A DNA stretch of 63,985 nucleotides, filler included, from Trypethelium eluteriae (GCA_051942245.1; 3 parts of 3 records of this genome joined end to end with filler, not necessarily neighbours in it), one strand, 5' to 3'; shown: positions 23,256-37,285, counted from the whole stretch's first letter. Translations and numbers: made by a program. The notes: a model not told the origin generated them from the letters alone.

Positions 23256-23663
23256 GTGACGAGGGGGATTCTGGAGAGGTGTCGGGAGTTGGCGCCGGAG
23301 CTGTTGACGGGGAGGAAGAAGGAGCGCGGCGGTGGGGTGGGGAAGGGAAGCGAGGAGGACGAGGAAGGGGACTTTGAAGTTTTGAAGGTTAATGTAGGGA
23401 GGAGACCGGCGAGGGAAGGGGGTGCGAGGGTGGAGTTGGATCGGGAAATCGGGAAGGATAGGATTTTGGTGCACTGTTATGGCCATGCTGGTGCTGGGTA
23501 AGTTGACTGTTTCAATGATATGGTGTCGGCTTTTCTATGTGTCTGACATCAGTTTAGGTTTCAGAACTCAGTTGGATCGGCGAGAGAGGTGGTCCAGATA
23601 CTGAAGGATCGTTTGGTGGCTTCCGAAAGCACTTCATCGGCAGACAGCAAAGCGAGGTTGTGA
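23256..23663 (+). CDS. D-amino-acid oxidase family flavoprotein, 3' part (5' lost in gap)
   Basis: NVGRRPAREGGARVE...VHCYGHAGAG|FQNSVGSA with intron 23498-23557. Ends ...SKARL*, a PTS1-like tripeptide. Confidence 0.9.
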
Positions 23664-23687
23664 CCCAAGCAGACATCGATGTATAAA

Positions 23688-24999
23688 CTACTCAGAGGAC
23701 TCATCCCGTATATGTATTATTCGAAGTGGCATATCAGTTGAGTAGAAAAAACTGCGATTTTCAGTTTCAGGCGCTGCAGAAAACGATATGTCGTTCAGCC
23801 ACAGTCCGCTCTCTTCTAGGGACGTAGTTTCAGTACTCTTATGATTATTAAAATCAAGATAAACAAGAGCTTGGTAGACGTACCACAGCGGGTTGTGAAC
23901 ATATCAACCGTCTCTTCGTTGCGGACTGTTGCTGCAATGACAACGTCAAGAGTCGGGAAGATGTCAATGAGATCGCGGATAGTATCGATAAGCGAAGGAA
24001 CAAATTCTTTGTCATATATCTTCGTGTTACTGGTCAGCCTCATGGATAGTCAGTAATTCTGAGGAGGGGACCTTGGTTACGAGATCTGCTCCGAGGACCA
24101 CATCACATGGATACTTATTAATTTCCTCTTTAAGCCAACTGGTTCGGGGAAGCCGACTCCATTGGAGCACTTCTGTGCGTACTGCATTACTGCTTCGGAG
24201 TCCATTTAAAGACAAGTTTTCGGCCAGAGACTGGACAACACCGTGATCGCCGTCGGTAGCTACGACCCTGGCAGCACCAAGATGCTTGGCACATAGGACT
24301 GAGAGGAAGCCAGTGCCAGCCCCTAGCTCAAGAACATTTCTATTCTTCACAAATGCTCCACCTTCTTCGGTGGTGAGAAACGAGCCGAGATGCAGGGCAG
24401 CCTCCCATGTTCTCAGGCCTGTTGTGCCAGAAGACGAGAGCACAGAGCGAGCCTCCAACAGTGTAATGTTTTCATGAGGTGGCCTGCGATCACCGTTCTC
24501 TAAAATGGAAGAGTATGTAACGTACGATTTATGCTGAGCTGACAATGCTTCAGAGGGTAGCTTTGATGAGAGCAGCGTTGAAAGCCGAGACATAAGATCA
24601 TCGGAAATCTCCTGCGCGCGTGCATTAAGAGCGCATATATTAGCCATGTAGGAATAGGCATTTCCAATCGCCCTTTATGGGATTGGGCTGACTGCCCCAG
24701 CAGAGAGGAATTGAAAGATTATAGAGCATTTAACCTACATCTTCGTTAGGATCTATAGTGGCCTCTTCAACCCTGCTCATCAATTGCTTAAGGACCCGCA
24801 ATTCATATCTTTCTGGCGGCGAATACGGTAGAGATTCAGTATTGAACATATGATCATAGATCCAGGCTTGAATCTCTGGCAGCCGCAATTGATCTCTTTC
24901 CGGCCATGCAAGTTTCTTTGGCTCCACCAATTGGAGATACTGTTGTTTGAATAGAGACAGGGAGGCGGCCGGACTGGACTTTGCGATCTGGTGAACCAT
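23688..24999 (-). CDS. EFM3: Protein-lysine N-methyltransferase EFM3 / EEF2KMT (FAM86) family, multi-exon
   Basis: FKQQYLQL...PPERYELRVLKQL; GTTGLRTWEAALHL; VLELGAGTGFLS; ATDGD; LGADL; IAATVRNEET. The last exon ends IIHIRDESSE*. Confidence 0.88.
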
Positions 25000-25313
25000 C
25001 TACTCAATTTGTCTCGAGAGTGCTTCACGATCTACGAAGCCTCTCATCTGCGCAGTCTGTCTCATCTGCAGAGCAGTCCGAGAAGGCCCAAGTGTTGATG
25101 GTGAGTGCTGAGGCATATGTGTGGGGGTTGCCGGACTCGGTTAGCGTCACCCACAACCGATGCCGAAAACCATTTGTGCGTGACACCAGCACATCGACGT
25201 CTACAGCATTGGGCCTCCTACCTCCATCCTTATCATCAGGATTCATCGACTCTCACTGCTGACAAGTTGGACTGAAGAGTCTAGCGAGTTATTCAGTTCA
25301 TACCGTCTCAATC

Positions 25314-25933
25314 ATGGCGGACTCACAGGTTACCCTCCGGTACGCTTCGAACCACTTACAGACTTGCACACACTCGAACCGCGGAGATCCACTGCTAACA
25401 CATCAAAAGCACCCGCAAATTCATTCGCAACCCTCTCCTGGCCCGCAGGCAAATGGTGGTGTACGTATAAGATGCGCTAGCGCAAAATATAGCAGATGAA
25501 ATAGGCACTGATGAATTTTGGCATCCAGGGACGTCCTTCATCCAAATCGTGCCAATGTCTCCAAGGACGAACTCCGCACGAAGCTCTCCGAACTCTACAA
25601 AATCAGCAAGGATCAAGTTCAAGTCTTTGGCTTCCGTACACAGTACGGTGGCGGCAAGAGCACAGGCTTCGGCCTCATCTACGAGTCGGTGGAGTCGATG
25701 AAGAAGTTCGAGCCGCAATACCGGCTGGTGCGTGTGGGTATGGCGACCAAGGCTGAGAAGGCGAGCAGACAGCAACGTATGTGGATCCAAGCATTCTCAA
25801 ATCTTATCTTGAGTTTGGTGGGAGCGCGATACTGACACTTTGGATCTTGTTAGGCAAGCAACGGAAGAACAGAGCGAAGGAGCATCGTGGGACAGCGAAG
25901 ACGAAGGGTGCAAAGTCAAAGAAGGACAAATAG
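25314..25933 (+). CDS. RPS24: 40S ribosomal protein S24 (eS24), 3 introns
   Basis: [41 protein letters not shown]...[14 protein letters not shown]...[14 protein letters not shown]. Confidence 0.98.
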
Positions 25934-26282
25934 ACAAGTTCGTGAGGGGTTGGGTCGTGGTGTTTGTGATGAGGTTATGGTGTGGGCATGGCTGCATTTG
26001 TACCTTTATGAGGACTCTATATTGGCGCTCATCTGCGTCTTTGAAATGCAATCTACAATTTCAATTAAATTGCGATCCTGCCACCAGGACTTTCTAGAGT
26101 GCCTTTACCTATTTGCTTTTTGATCATAGCAAGGGTGTACACGAGGGCTGTAGTTCCACCGACTTTATCGAGTTAATTTGGGTATCTGAAGAAAAGAATA
26201 TACGGTTCGTGAACCGATACAGACGGCCAGAGGATCGTGAAACTGGGTCCCATCTCACTCTCAACTCAGGCCAGCCACTCCA

Positions 26283-28001
26283 TCACCCTCCGCTTCCCTC
26301 CTCTACCTTCACCCGCTTCTCCCCTCTCCTCCTCCTCTGCCCAAATCTCTCCGGCACCCCCGCCGCGGGCTTCCCGTGCGGTAACTCATACTCCGGCCCC
26401 ACAAAACACCCCAATAAACTGCTCCAGACACATCGCCCCTCCAGAATTTTGCGTAGGAACCGGTACGAATATAGTGAGCTATATGGAAGACGCGTCTTTG
26501 GATCGAGGTACCGCGCCGGGTGGTCGGTGATGGCGCACATGATTGGCTTCGGCTTCGTAGTCTTGGTCTTCGAGGTGTGTAGTAGGATGCCCCGGACTGC
26601 CTCGTGTCGATCCACGGCCCTGGTCGTGCGCTCGAAGTCTGGGAAGTTGGACATGATGATGAGGCTGCGAAGGGCGATGTCGACGATGGTAGGGGCGGGT
26701 TGGAGGGTCGTCGGTGGTGCCGGTGATGTACGTAGCGGAAGCTGGATGGGCGGAGAGGCCTGAGGTGGAGCTGGTTGGGTGAGTGATGGTTCAGGGGGTT
26801 GGTCTTGATAGGGGAGGTTGGCGTAGTCGTAGATACCGTGAAGGAGATTGTTGGATGTTTGAAGCGACGTGGGTGCCTGAGGCTGATCTGAATCATGAAG
26901 GTGAGAAGTTTGGCGGCTTTCTGTCTGACCCTGGTTCTCTTTGCCTTGGCTTTGTGTTCCAGAATCCTGGGTAACCGAGTCTCCTAGCGGCGCATGACTT
27001 TGAGTCTGTGGAGGCCTGACCGAACCGTCTGATTCATTGGACTGAGTACCCATTGGGGTTACCTTAACATCTGCAGGCTCGTGAACCTCCTCGATTTTGA
27101 AGTCCTTGCCCGTGCCTTTCAGAAGCCCATTGACCCAATACCCAGGCCCGCTATACCAACTGATAACGGGTCCCTCAAGCTTCTTACTCCTCAATGCTTC
27201 CAACTTCGCCTTTTGTTCGGCCTGCCTCTGATCCTCCGCTAGTTGCCACCGGTTGAGACTCCTGCTATTCTTCCTTTCTACCAAGGCAGCTTCGGCCAGG
27301 CGTTGTTCTTGAGTTTTGGGTGGCTGTTCATTTCGAAATTTTCGCCTGGCAGCAGCTTCCATCGAATTTATAGTCCTTTGTCTCCGTTTCTCGCTCTCCC
27401 TCATTCTCGCATGGACTGTGACTTTGTTCCGCACAGTCTGGGTACGTGTTGAAGCGCGGATTGGGGCGTCAAGATCTGTTGGGAGCCAAGACTGCCTCTC
27501 TGACTTTTTTGGTATTCGCGGTCTTGCAGTGGGCTGAGATTCGGGTGCTGATACCAGTGGAGCTGTCTTGATTTTCTTTGGGTGGATCAAAGGGGCTACC
27601 ATTGCATCGCGCGCTTTGCGCTTCTTAGCCAATTTCTCTGCCCGTTCAGCTTTGAGTAGTTGTCTCTCTCCTTCCATTTCATCTTCTCCCTGTCCCGGGC
27701 CAGCATCTTCACCACTATCGCTCTCGCTCATTGCCATATCTCGGTCGTCGGCGGCAGCATCTTCCTCGAAATCGACATCCTCTTCTGGAATCCCCTCATC
27801 GAAGATATCATCGAGCGTGCGTTCCACATCCTCTTGTTCTGCGTCATCTGCGGCAGCTTTGGCGACCAGGTTTCCAAGCCACCGGCCGGCAGTCGAGCGC
27901 CTTTCCCTTCCAGCGACGAGAGATTCGACTAAATTGTCGTCGTCCTCCTCTTCTTCCGACGACTCTCCTGAGCTGGAGTCATCCTCTTCGTTGCGCGACA
28001 T
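26283..28001 (-). CDS. VPS72: SWR1-complex subunit Vps72/YL1
   Basis: RERRSTAG; acidic N-terminus; TQEQRLAEAALVERKNSRSLNRW; YL1_C motif CAITDHPARYLDPKTRLPYSSLYSY. Confidence 0.93.
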   Translation of the reverse strand: MSRNEEDDSSSGESSEEEEDDDNLVESLVAGRERRSTAGRWLGNLVAKAAADDAEQEDVERTLDDIFDEGIPEEDVDFEEDAAADDRDMAMSESDSGEDAGPGQGEDEMEGERQLLKAERAEKLAKKRKARDAMVAPLIHPKKIKTAPLVSAPESQPTARPRIPKKSERQSWLPTDLDAPIRASTRTQTVRNKVTVHARMRESEKRRQRTINSMEAAARRKFRNEQPPKTQEQRLAEAALVERKNSRSLNRWQLAEDQRQAEQKAKLEALRSKKLEGPVISWYSGPGYWVNGLLKGTGKDFKIEEVHEPADVKVTPMGTQSNESDGSVRPPQTQSHAPLGDSVTQDSGTQSQGKENQGQTESRQTSHLHDSDQPQAPTSLQTSNNLLHGIYDYANLPYQDQPPEPSLTQPAPPQASPPIQLPLRTSPAPPTTLQPAPTIVDIALRSLIIMSNFPDFERTTRAVDRHEAVRGILLHTSKTKTTKPKPIMCAITDHPARYLDPKTRLPYSSLYSYRFLRKILEGRCVWSSLLGCFVGPEYELPHGKPAAGVPERFGQRRRRGEKRVKVEEGSGG

Positions 28002-29826
28002 TGTACGGATACGGGAGTGCTCCTTGAGTCGAGTAGGAAATTATCGATATGTAAAGAAAACTTTTAGGAACAAGGGTAGGAACGCGTATGGGAATGGGTG
28101 GCAGGCGCGGTGTTTGGTAGGTGACGTAACAAGCTACCTAGTATGCATTCACCAGAGCGGCATCCACTTCTACGTTATGCTATCACCCTATCACACTATG
28201 CAGAACCATCATCTTGGATCTCAGATAACATCTCACGGCTATGCCGGCAGAATATCGGGATGGCTTCCGGAGAGACATGGATCAGGGGTTGGGATGAAAC
28301 GAGGCTTGCTGGGCCTCTCTCTCTTGGCGCGTTTCGCAATCTTCCACGCATGCAGCTTACCCCCAACCCGCCGCTCTATCAAAAGAACGAGACAATCCCC
28401 GAAAAAAAATAATGTTGGTTTTCCCACTATCCTGCCGAATAGACGCCTTGCTTCAATTTCAGCTACCTTTTCTTGGTGCTCCGCAGACTGAGTGACTGGG
28501 TACAGTCTCCTTATTGATATTACCTTGGCCAATAATGTCTGCCACTGGTGCTCCTTGATGACCTCCAATGTCGGTAATATCCTTGGAATGGAGCTCGTAA
28601 CCTCCAGCAAAGCCTTGTCTAGGTCAGATGCTCGCCACGTTCGAGATATGCTACTCGATCCTCTTAGTCTGATCCGAGAGCGTTGTACGAGAAAAACAGT
28701 CACGGTAGACACTCCGTAGATACATATGCAGTGTAGCGCTCAGTCGTAGACCATGTGTGAGAACTCAGGAAATGGCTTGCAGGAGGGCAGCATGAATGCT
28801 TGGAGGCGGGGTAAGGTCCAAGCATTCAACTGGCTGTTTCTTCTCGCTTTGATTCTGAGACACCGTCCGTCCTTAGGGGAAGCAGAGAAGCGCCCTGTCA
28901 TCTCTCGCATCCGCCACCCAGGGCGCGCTGTGCGAGAACTGCGGCCCTTTTTCTCAGTAAGCGTGACGAGGATGCTTAGACCAAGCAGTCTCCGTAATAA
29001 TCTATCCTGCACTCCCGCACTTCCGCAGTCCTTTTGTCCAGCTCCAGCGTCTTCCGTAAAGGGTGGGAAGCGCGTGAGTGCGTGAGTAGGTGAGTGTGCA
29101 CACTAGCCTACCTGAGAAGTGCCTCTCCGGCCTCCACGCTCCAACACGGGAAAGCCTCCAATCTTCACACTCGAACTCTGTATCCCCCGACTCCGCTTCC
29201 CCAGCCTCGCATTCTCGTGGCTGTCCCTCCTGTGGGCCTCACTGCTTGTCTTTGTCTCTCCTAACAATGCTCTTCTCCAGACTCGCTATTCGGTCTGTCT
29301 ATTCTGTATCATAATCGCACCAACTGCCGCAGATCCTGCACCTTGGCCCTGTAAAACACCTTCCAACGGCCGACTCCACACACCCGTCTTTGCCTACCTT
29401 TGCCGCTCCCTATCTTTCCTCGAATCTCCGCTACAGCCTCTCGCCCTCCCTCGATTGGCGGCCAAGGGACTGCCTCCGCGGGATCACCCTCTTCCATCTC
29501 CTGAGTCAACTCGAGCCGCTGGATCACCGCACTTCTTCGGATATCTGCCCTCTGAGCCCAGGAGGTTCTTTTTTTGCTTCGTGGACTGCCTTGGACGTGC
29601 TGGAAACAGCTCTGCGTCCCTCGGGTTGTACCTGACTTGAGCGTCCTGTATTTTTCCTATCCTTTGGAGCCGCAGCCCAGCCTGTCCCACACCCGCCGCG
29701 CGTCAGTCAGCACCGCAGCAATTCACAAGAGCTGGCCGGTCCCATTCATTCCTTCACCCTCCGAGGTTCCGGCAACCAATCAATAGTGCTGCTTCGCAGA
29801 GAAAAATTACTGCATCATAATCCATA

Positions 29827-32800
29827 ATGGCGCCCACGTCTCGGCCAGAGCATCACATCAATTTGAACTACCTCCCACAACTCGGAGCTCCTCAACCAAG
29901 ATCCGGCTCATCAACTGCCGCTACCTCTCCAATTGAACCACCCGCAGGCACTGCAGTGCGATATCCGATGGGAACTCCGGGCAACAGCACACCGTCCACC
30001 AGTGCTCCCGCTGGGCAGCGTGTAGGAGCTGCTTCACCCTCAAAGGAATATGGTAACAGACTCTTCCCCAAACGGTATGTTAAGAACTAGCTCTCGTCTT
30101 GTCAATTATTCTAATGCATGCATATAACAGCGCTCGAGAAATCCAAGCACAGGAAGGTTTAGGAGCACAACCTTGGGGTCCTCCTACCAGTGGCAATTCT
30201 ACACCTCTTCGTGAAACAATACCAGAATCCCCGAACGATGATAGCTTTCCCGACTTTGAGTCCCCAGGAGCAGACACTCTGGCCCCTCCCTCATCGGGAA
30301 GGCGAATGCGCGCTGGCACACTTCCTTCTAAATTTTCTCCAAATTCGGCTGCCAACGGTGCGGGCTCGCAAGCATCGGGTGCATCCGGGTCGTACTTTCC
30401 CAAAGTTTCTCGCCCAACACCATCCACGAGCCCCTTCCAGGCAGGTTTGACTGCCGGTACTGACCCGAGGGGACTTGGGCGATCCAATTCCACCAACACA
30501 CAGTCCAGTCTTCTGTCTCGGATAAGGGCCGGTTCCATGCCCCAAAGGACAAGTTTGAATTCATCCTCGACTCCATTTGGATCATCCATGTTTTCAACTT
30601 CTTGGAACACTGCTAGAGATCGTGCTGGGACTCTCACAAGCATCCGCTCATCGGATGCGCCCTCTTCACCGGCACAATCATCATTCTCGCGAGATTCCTT
30701 GGCTGATGGTGATGTTAAAACGCTGGATTATCTCGGTCTTGTGGACACGCCACAACAGACTCGAGCCAACCTTGCCAATACTGAATTGAACATGATGATG
30801 GGAGGTCAGCAAAATGTCGGACTTCAGCCGGCATCCATTGCGGAGCTTGCATCGTTGAGCAACGCCCTGAACAACAGGAATGCAAATCGCTTCCGCTCCT
30901 TTTCAGTAAATGCAAAGGAGAAATATGGCAATGATATGGATGACTACGGTTCCGTTGACCAGTATGCAGGAAGCTACAGTGGTACACTTACACCATCCGG
31001 AGAGAATGGTCCTTCTGCAGCAGACTTGCAAGAGATGGTTCGTCAACATAACCTTGAAGTGCAAGCATTCGCGAATCTTGCGAGCGCTAGCCGACCAAGG
31101 GCAAGAACTGCTGGTGTTTTGGATTCTCCTACGTCTCGTGGCGTCCTTCGAAACTATGTGCCGACTCCCTCACGGCTTGACAGCAGCATCAGTGCCTCAG
31201 ATCTCACTGGATTGGATGCTGACTATAGCACACTTACTGAAGCTGTGCAGGGAATGCATCTGGGAGGAAATCTGACCGGAGAAGAAAACGCCCTAGAAGG
31301 CCCGACGAGAGCTTTGTGGCTTGGCAACATTCCAGCTTCGACAACTAATTCCTCTCTGGATGTCATTTTCGCCAATTTCGGGGAAATTGAGTCAACCCGG
31401 GTCCTTACGCAAAAGAATTGCGGGTTCATTAATTTCAAGAATCTTCAAAGCGCTGTTCAGGCAAAGACTCAGCTGAATGGAAAAGAGATTTTCCCAGGTG
31501 CAGGCCCCGTCAGAATCGGATTTGCTAAAGTTCCAAGTGCGACCGGAACACCTGGTAACGATGGAACCCAGCCATCTCCAAGCCCCGATCCCTTTGGTAA
31601 GACTGGTCAAGCCACCGCTGGCGCCTCAAGTAACTTCGGTATATCGCAATCGAACGGCATCAATGCAGAGACGGCACCTGCCGCCTTAGCTACGCCCGAT
31701 ATCCGCAGTCTCCAAGGTGACATTGCCCAGATTGTGAAGGACTTTGGTGCTACCGATGATGAGCAAGCACGTATTGCCGAACACGTTAACCAGGCCTTGA
31801 GTTTTGACGATTACGAGTCGGAAATCCCAGCGATTTCTGAGCCAAGTCACAATCGCATGCACGATGCACCACGATTACGCGAGATCAGAAAGCGAATTGA
31901 CAATAATACTTGCAGCCAGCCCGAGATTGAGAATATTGCCATGGACATGTTACCAGAAATTGCGGAACTGTCTTCGGACTACCTAGGCAACACCGTTGTC
32001 CAAAAGCTGTTCGAATTTTGCTCCGAGCCAGTGAAAGAGGCCATGTTGGCTGAGATCGCTCCTCACCTTGCTGAAATAGGTGTACACAAGAACGGGACTT
32101 GGGCGGCCCAAAAGATCATCGATGTTGCGAGGACTCCAAATCAGATGCAGATGATTGTCAATAATCTTCGTCCTTACGGAGTCGCATCTTTTCTTGATCA
32201 ATACGGGAACTATGTCATGCAATGCTGTCTTCGCTTCCAATATCCGCTCAACGATTTCATCTTCGACGTTATGCTGACTCGACTCTGGGAAATCGCACAA
32301 GGCAGATTCGGCGCCAGGGCAATGCGAGCTTGCCTTGAGAGCCATTATGCCACCAAAGATCAACAAAGAATGATGGCAGCCGCTATCGCGTTGCATAGTG
32401 TTCAATTGGCTACAAATGCCAATGGCGCCCTGTTGCTCACTTGGTTCCTCGACACATGCACTTTCCCAAGACGGCGTACCGTACTTGCACCAAGACTTGT
32501 CCCTCACCTTGTTCACTTATGTACCCACAAGGTTGCATATCTGACTGTTCTCAAAATCATCAATCAACGCAACGAACCAGAGGCACGGGACACAATCCTT
32601 CAGGCCTTATTCTTTTCCCCGAACGACCAGACCTTGTATGATATACTGAGCGATCAGACATGTGGTGCGACTCTGATCTTCAAAGTCCTCACAACTCCCT
32701 TCTTCGATGAAAAGATACGTCAAGATGTTGTACAGAACGTCCGTAACGTCCTGCTCCGACTAAAGGCGAATCCTGCACATGGCTACAAGCGTCTCATGGA

Positions 32801-33532
32801 CGAAGTCCAACTGCCTACTCGCAATGCTGCACCTAGCCGGGAGTACAGTGACTCGTCACGTCCGGTCTCCAAGCAGGGCGCTATGAATGGAATTACCCCT
32901 CAGCCTACCCTCAACACCCAATTTAATCAACAGTTCATGCCTAACATGCAACAACAGCAATTCGATCCCAACCTAGTGTTACAGCGAACGAACAGTGTCG
33001 ATTCAACCGGCTTTGAGCACCAGAACTCTCCATTTGGCGTGAATATGAACGGAATGAGTCCAGCTACTCCAGTCTCCTTTCCGGGGCAACCCATGAACAT
33101 GTCGCCTGTCACTCCACAGCAGCTTCAATACCAGCAAGCGCTCCTCGCTGCTAATCAACGCCAAGGATCCTACTTTCCTCCGGGAATGAACGGTATGAAT
33201 GGCATGAATGGGATCAACGGTGTCAATGGCATGGGTGCTATGAACACAATGAACAACGTTAATAATATGAATGGGTTTGCTGGTGCTGCACCCGGCATGG
33301 GAGCAGGAATGGGCAATCCAAATCAAGGCATGATGAATCAGCAACCAACCTTTAGTGCCCCTCCAGGATTCAATCCCATGATGCAGACTCAGGGTGGAAT
33401 GTATGGCTACCCTATGGGATATGCAAATATGCAAGGACAAAGTGTGGGTGCGGGGCAACGTAGAGGACGAGTGAGTGCAATGCCCTCTTCACGATATTCG
33501 TATTGAAGCTGACGCTGTACACTTAGAGATGA
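29827..33532 (+). CDS. JSN1: Pumilio-family RNA-binding protein with RRM (Jsn1/Puf1-Puf2 type)
   Basis: RRM PTRALWLGNIP...KNCGFINF...IGFAK. PUF repeats DYLGNTVVQKL, HKNGTWAAQKII, DQYGNYVMQCCL. Introns 30075-30130 and 33471-33526. N/Q/M-rich tail. Confidence 0.93.
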
Positions 33533-34602
33533 GATGAATCACACAAAATCCACTGTTCATAGCATTCATTGCGTTCGCCAATGATTTGGGAGACCTCAGT
33601 TGCTCAATTTCAGTGGACTGTGAACTGGGCGTTATGAGAACCAGGCTCCGAATTCCGTTCGTATAGTCGCTCGCTACTGCATTCACGACTTTTTCTCTTT
33701 TCCTGCTGAGTCTTTTCTCCTTCCTGTACAGTTCTTCGCTTCCACTCCTGCCTGGCTCTCGTCCTCTGGACCTCCAGCCCCTGCCAGTGTTGATGATTGT
33801 GGTACGTGCCCTGGTGGTACACTGGCTGTGCCTCCAGATGCTGCCACTCTTTTCTCTTCTTCCCTTTGGCGCATCCTTTTGTTGACTCTCACTATTTTCT
33901 TCAAAGTACATGTACCAAACCACACTACACATATACCTAAAACACACACGAGTCAAGACTCCGGCCGGCGTTTCCACGGGCTCAGGATCCCCCCTTTCTT
34001 TCTCTAGAACTAAGGGCGAATCGGATGTTTTGAAGGTGGAGACGTGCGTTGCTTGGATATTCGACTCCAAAGCTGCTACTGCTACTTCTTTGACTTCGAT
34101 TGCGAGGAATTTTTTCTTTTTCTGTGGGGACGGAGTGGAGGCTTGATGGGTACCTTACCTTCTGTTGTTAAGCGGAGAAAGGTAGTAGACCCGACATCTT
34201 TGCCGAAAGATAAGATACGGAGGGATAGAAATCTTGTTAAAATCATGGACTACACCGCTCGGGATCTGCTCCGCATCCTACGGATGAGACCGTGAAAAAG
34301 GGTGGAAAATGGAAAACCAAACATGATACATTCGATGGAAATGTTGTATCTAGCACTTGCCTGCGTGAGCGGCTTGCAAGAATTGAAGGATGTTCCAATT
34401 TTGATCCGAGATGCGCCTTCGACATGATCATGTCGCATTGCAAAATTCTTGATCTTATTCTCCCCCCATAATATTTCTTGTGTATGAACCACATTCCCAA
34501 GCATGATCAAAGTCACGCCCAAAGGTCTTGATTCCAATGCACCGTAACGCCACGCTCAAAATCAGAAAGTTTGCCCTTCCTTGAGCAGCATCTGTGCATC
34601 AC

Positions 34603-36886
34603 TCATTTACTCTCGTAGAGCTCCGTGACCCGTTCGACAAGATCTGCCTTCTTTCCCGTAGTGGAGAGCTTCTTGCCGTACAGCCAATCCTTCAAATCCT
34701 GGACTTTGAACTACTCTACACGTTAGAATCCACACCATGAAGTCCGGAACATCGCCACTGGAACGGACTCGGTGTGATACGTACCTTATCTATCGCACTC
34801 TTCTCAAACGCCTTCCTCATCTCGTCATCTCCAACGCCCTGGCCAGCTGCAGCAAGCAGCTTCGCCTTCTTCGAGGGACCATCACCGGGAATGCCAGCAG
34901 CTCGTTTTAACCCTGCAACAAGCTTTTTCGAGCTATCGGATTTGGCAGCGTGTGCAGCATACTCTTGATCAAGGGCTTGGCCCCATTCAACGACGAGATC
35001 TCCCACGCGCTATCATCACATTAGACGACCGCACCACGTCTTAATAACAATGAATCAGAGTTTGGGGCCAGGGTGTATACCTTATGAATTTGTTTGTATC
35101 GGGGAATAGTATGATCTTCAGCTTTCTCGGGCATATCTTCATCGAGAGCAATGGCTTGTAGGACGCGATAATGCCATTGAAGCGCTGGGTGAAACAGTCA
35201 GCAAATCTTCTTGTGAGAACTCTCAATATTCTCTTAGAAGACTAGGCAATCTCACCTGGATTCGGGTATCGCTTCGGATCGTAATGAGCTTTTGGTAATT
35301 GCAGATTCCGCACGATATCATGCATGTAATCGACCAGCTCATCCGACGCCCTCACCACATCTCCCATGTCTGGGTTCTGCCGGATGTCATCGGCGAAGGG
35401 CAAAGGATGTATCCACAGACCTGGTGGCCAGACCTGCGCTCCTTCCTCGTTGACCTCTTCCTTTCCCGGCAACAAAGCAGCAACCATTGGTGCGGCATTC
35501 CTGCGGGCGATGAACCACACCAGAGCATATCGTTGGGCCTTCACGAGCTTTTGCTGCAAGGCAGAGAAGACACGCGTTGAGCCCACGTACTCTTCGTCGG
35601 ATGGGTAAATAAATGTTGCTGGTTTCGTTGCGGCCCAGATGGGTAACATGGACAACGGCTTGAATCCAATGATGCGAATGACAGGGTCACCGAAATTTCG
35701 CAATGCAGCCAACTCGTCTTTCGTAAACACGATTTGCTCGCCACCGAAGTTGAACGCCTTCTTGATCTCGGTTGTCTCCATGTGACGAGCAGTGTCCCCA
35801 GCTATCACGTTCGTCTTCCCCACAGCTATCTGTGGCTTTTCTCCCTGCATGTAGATGTATGTGCTACGTGCTGGTTCTTGTCTCTTGAGGACGATGTATC
35901 CCTTGACAGAGATGCGGAGGCCGGGACCTAGCTCCAGCGGAAGGTTTGAGAACAAAGCTCGTCGTGGAACAGCTTTGGAGTTGATGGAAGAGAGGAGTGA
36001 CTGCAGAAGTGTGATACCGTCACCGCTTGCAGAAGGCTTTGCAGCAGAGGACATCGGGGCTGGTGCGTCAGGATCGCTTGGGGTAGACTCATAGACGATA
36101 TCCTGATTTGGGTCAACATGATGTCAAGCCAGCCGCTTTCTCGCTACTCACATCATAGAAAGTACTGCGGTTGAATTGGTGCGTAGGGGTCGATATTGGA
36201 AATAGTTCTATCTTCACTCCGAGGTCGTAGAGATCCCTAGCTCTCACTGCAGCGGAATTTCTGGCGTCCTTGTTGGCGAAATGCGGATTATCATTGTCGG
36301 TAACCAGGAAGAGTCGTCGCGAAGAGAAATTGGGGGCTTTCATAGTGAATATCTGGTTCGCGCAGAACAATAGATTCGCCAGGTTAAACGACTTTTCGGA
36401 ACTAGGGACTAGGAGTCGAGCCGCTTCTTCCTTGTCCTCTACAAGCTGTTTCAATGTTTTAACGTCCTCTGCATCAGGTACATCGAGGTCCGCGAGGAGA
36501 TAAATATGCGGATATGCTAAACCTCCTCTGCTATTCGGATCTTCTCCTTGAAACTTGGATTGCTCGGTCCCAAACAGAACGATGCCCATCATGTCATTTG
36601 GGTTTGATATTATTCGTTGCTGCATTAATGAGTATGCACATTTGAGCGCGGCGGTAGTAGCATTATCTCGATCTGCCTTCTTTGAATCCGAAGCTTCCGG
36701 CTTCCTAAGCATTGACTCGCTGACATCGATTGCGAAGAGGACAGCGTCTTTGACTGTTTTGTAATCCTTTGCTTATTAGCACAAATTGTGGTGATGAACT
36801 GATTTGCGTACACCTTCGTCAACTTCCTCCTCTTCTTCATCCTCCTCGTCGCGTCGACTGAAATTTGACTTCTCAGCCATACTCAT
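34603..36886 (-). CDS. KU70: Ku70 DNA end-binding protein, multi-exon
   Basis: [74 protein letters not shown]-terminal SAP domain DLKDWL...[10 protein letters not shown]. Confidence 0.97.
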
Positions 36887-37285
36887 GGATTTCAAATCGC
36901 TGTTGGGTGATGGCGAAGAATGACCAACAAATTCAGACCACGTTCTGGACAAGCTGATGCCTGAACGCGAAGACGCATCTTTATCGATAAGGGAAGAATG
37001 TCAGACGCGAAAGCATGTGATTTCAAGCTGTCTGCTTATTCATCACAGCGTCATCGATAAGTAGAGATTCGAGACCGGAGCGCTGAGAAAGACGTTGTCA
37101 TTCAAATTTCTATGCTGACTGCTCAGCTTTGATTCTTTTTCTCCTGCATACCTTATGGCAGCTCTTGCATGTATTTTTCCACAGTTCCTCCTTGTAATTT
37201 ATCAGCCTTTTTCGCTCTGACGTCCTTTCAATCGTAGCACAGTTTCCACTTTCCCAAAAAGATTTCTATATAGCCTTTCTCAGTC

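Noticed and set aside
28143..29786. Many short overlapping ORFs between VPS72 and the PUF gene
   Set aside because: No recognisable domains. Pyrimidine-rich sequence typical of a divergent promoter and long 5' UTR. The 157-aa ORF at 28239..28712 cannot be fully excluded.
33185..33275. GMN-repeat tract in the PUF protein
   Set aside because: A low-complexity N/M/G tail is ordinary for this RNA-binding family.
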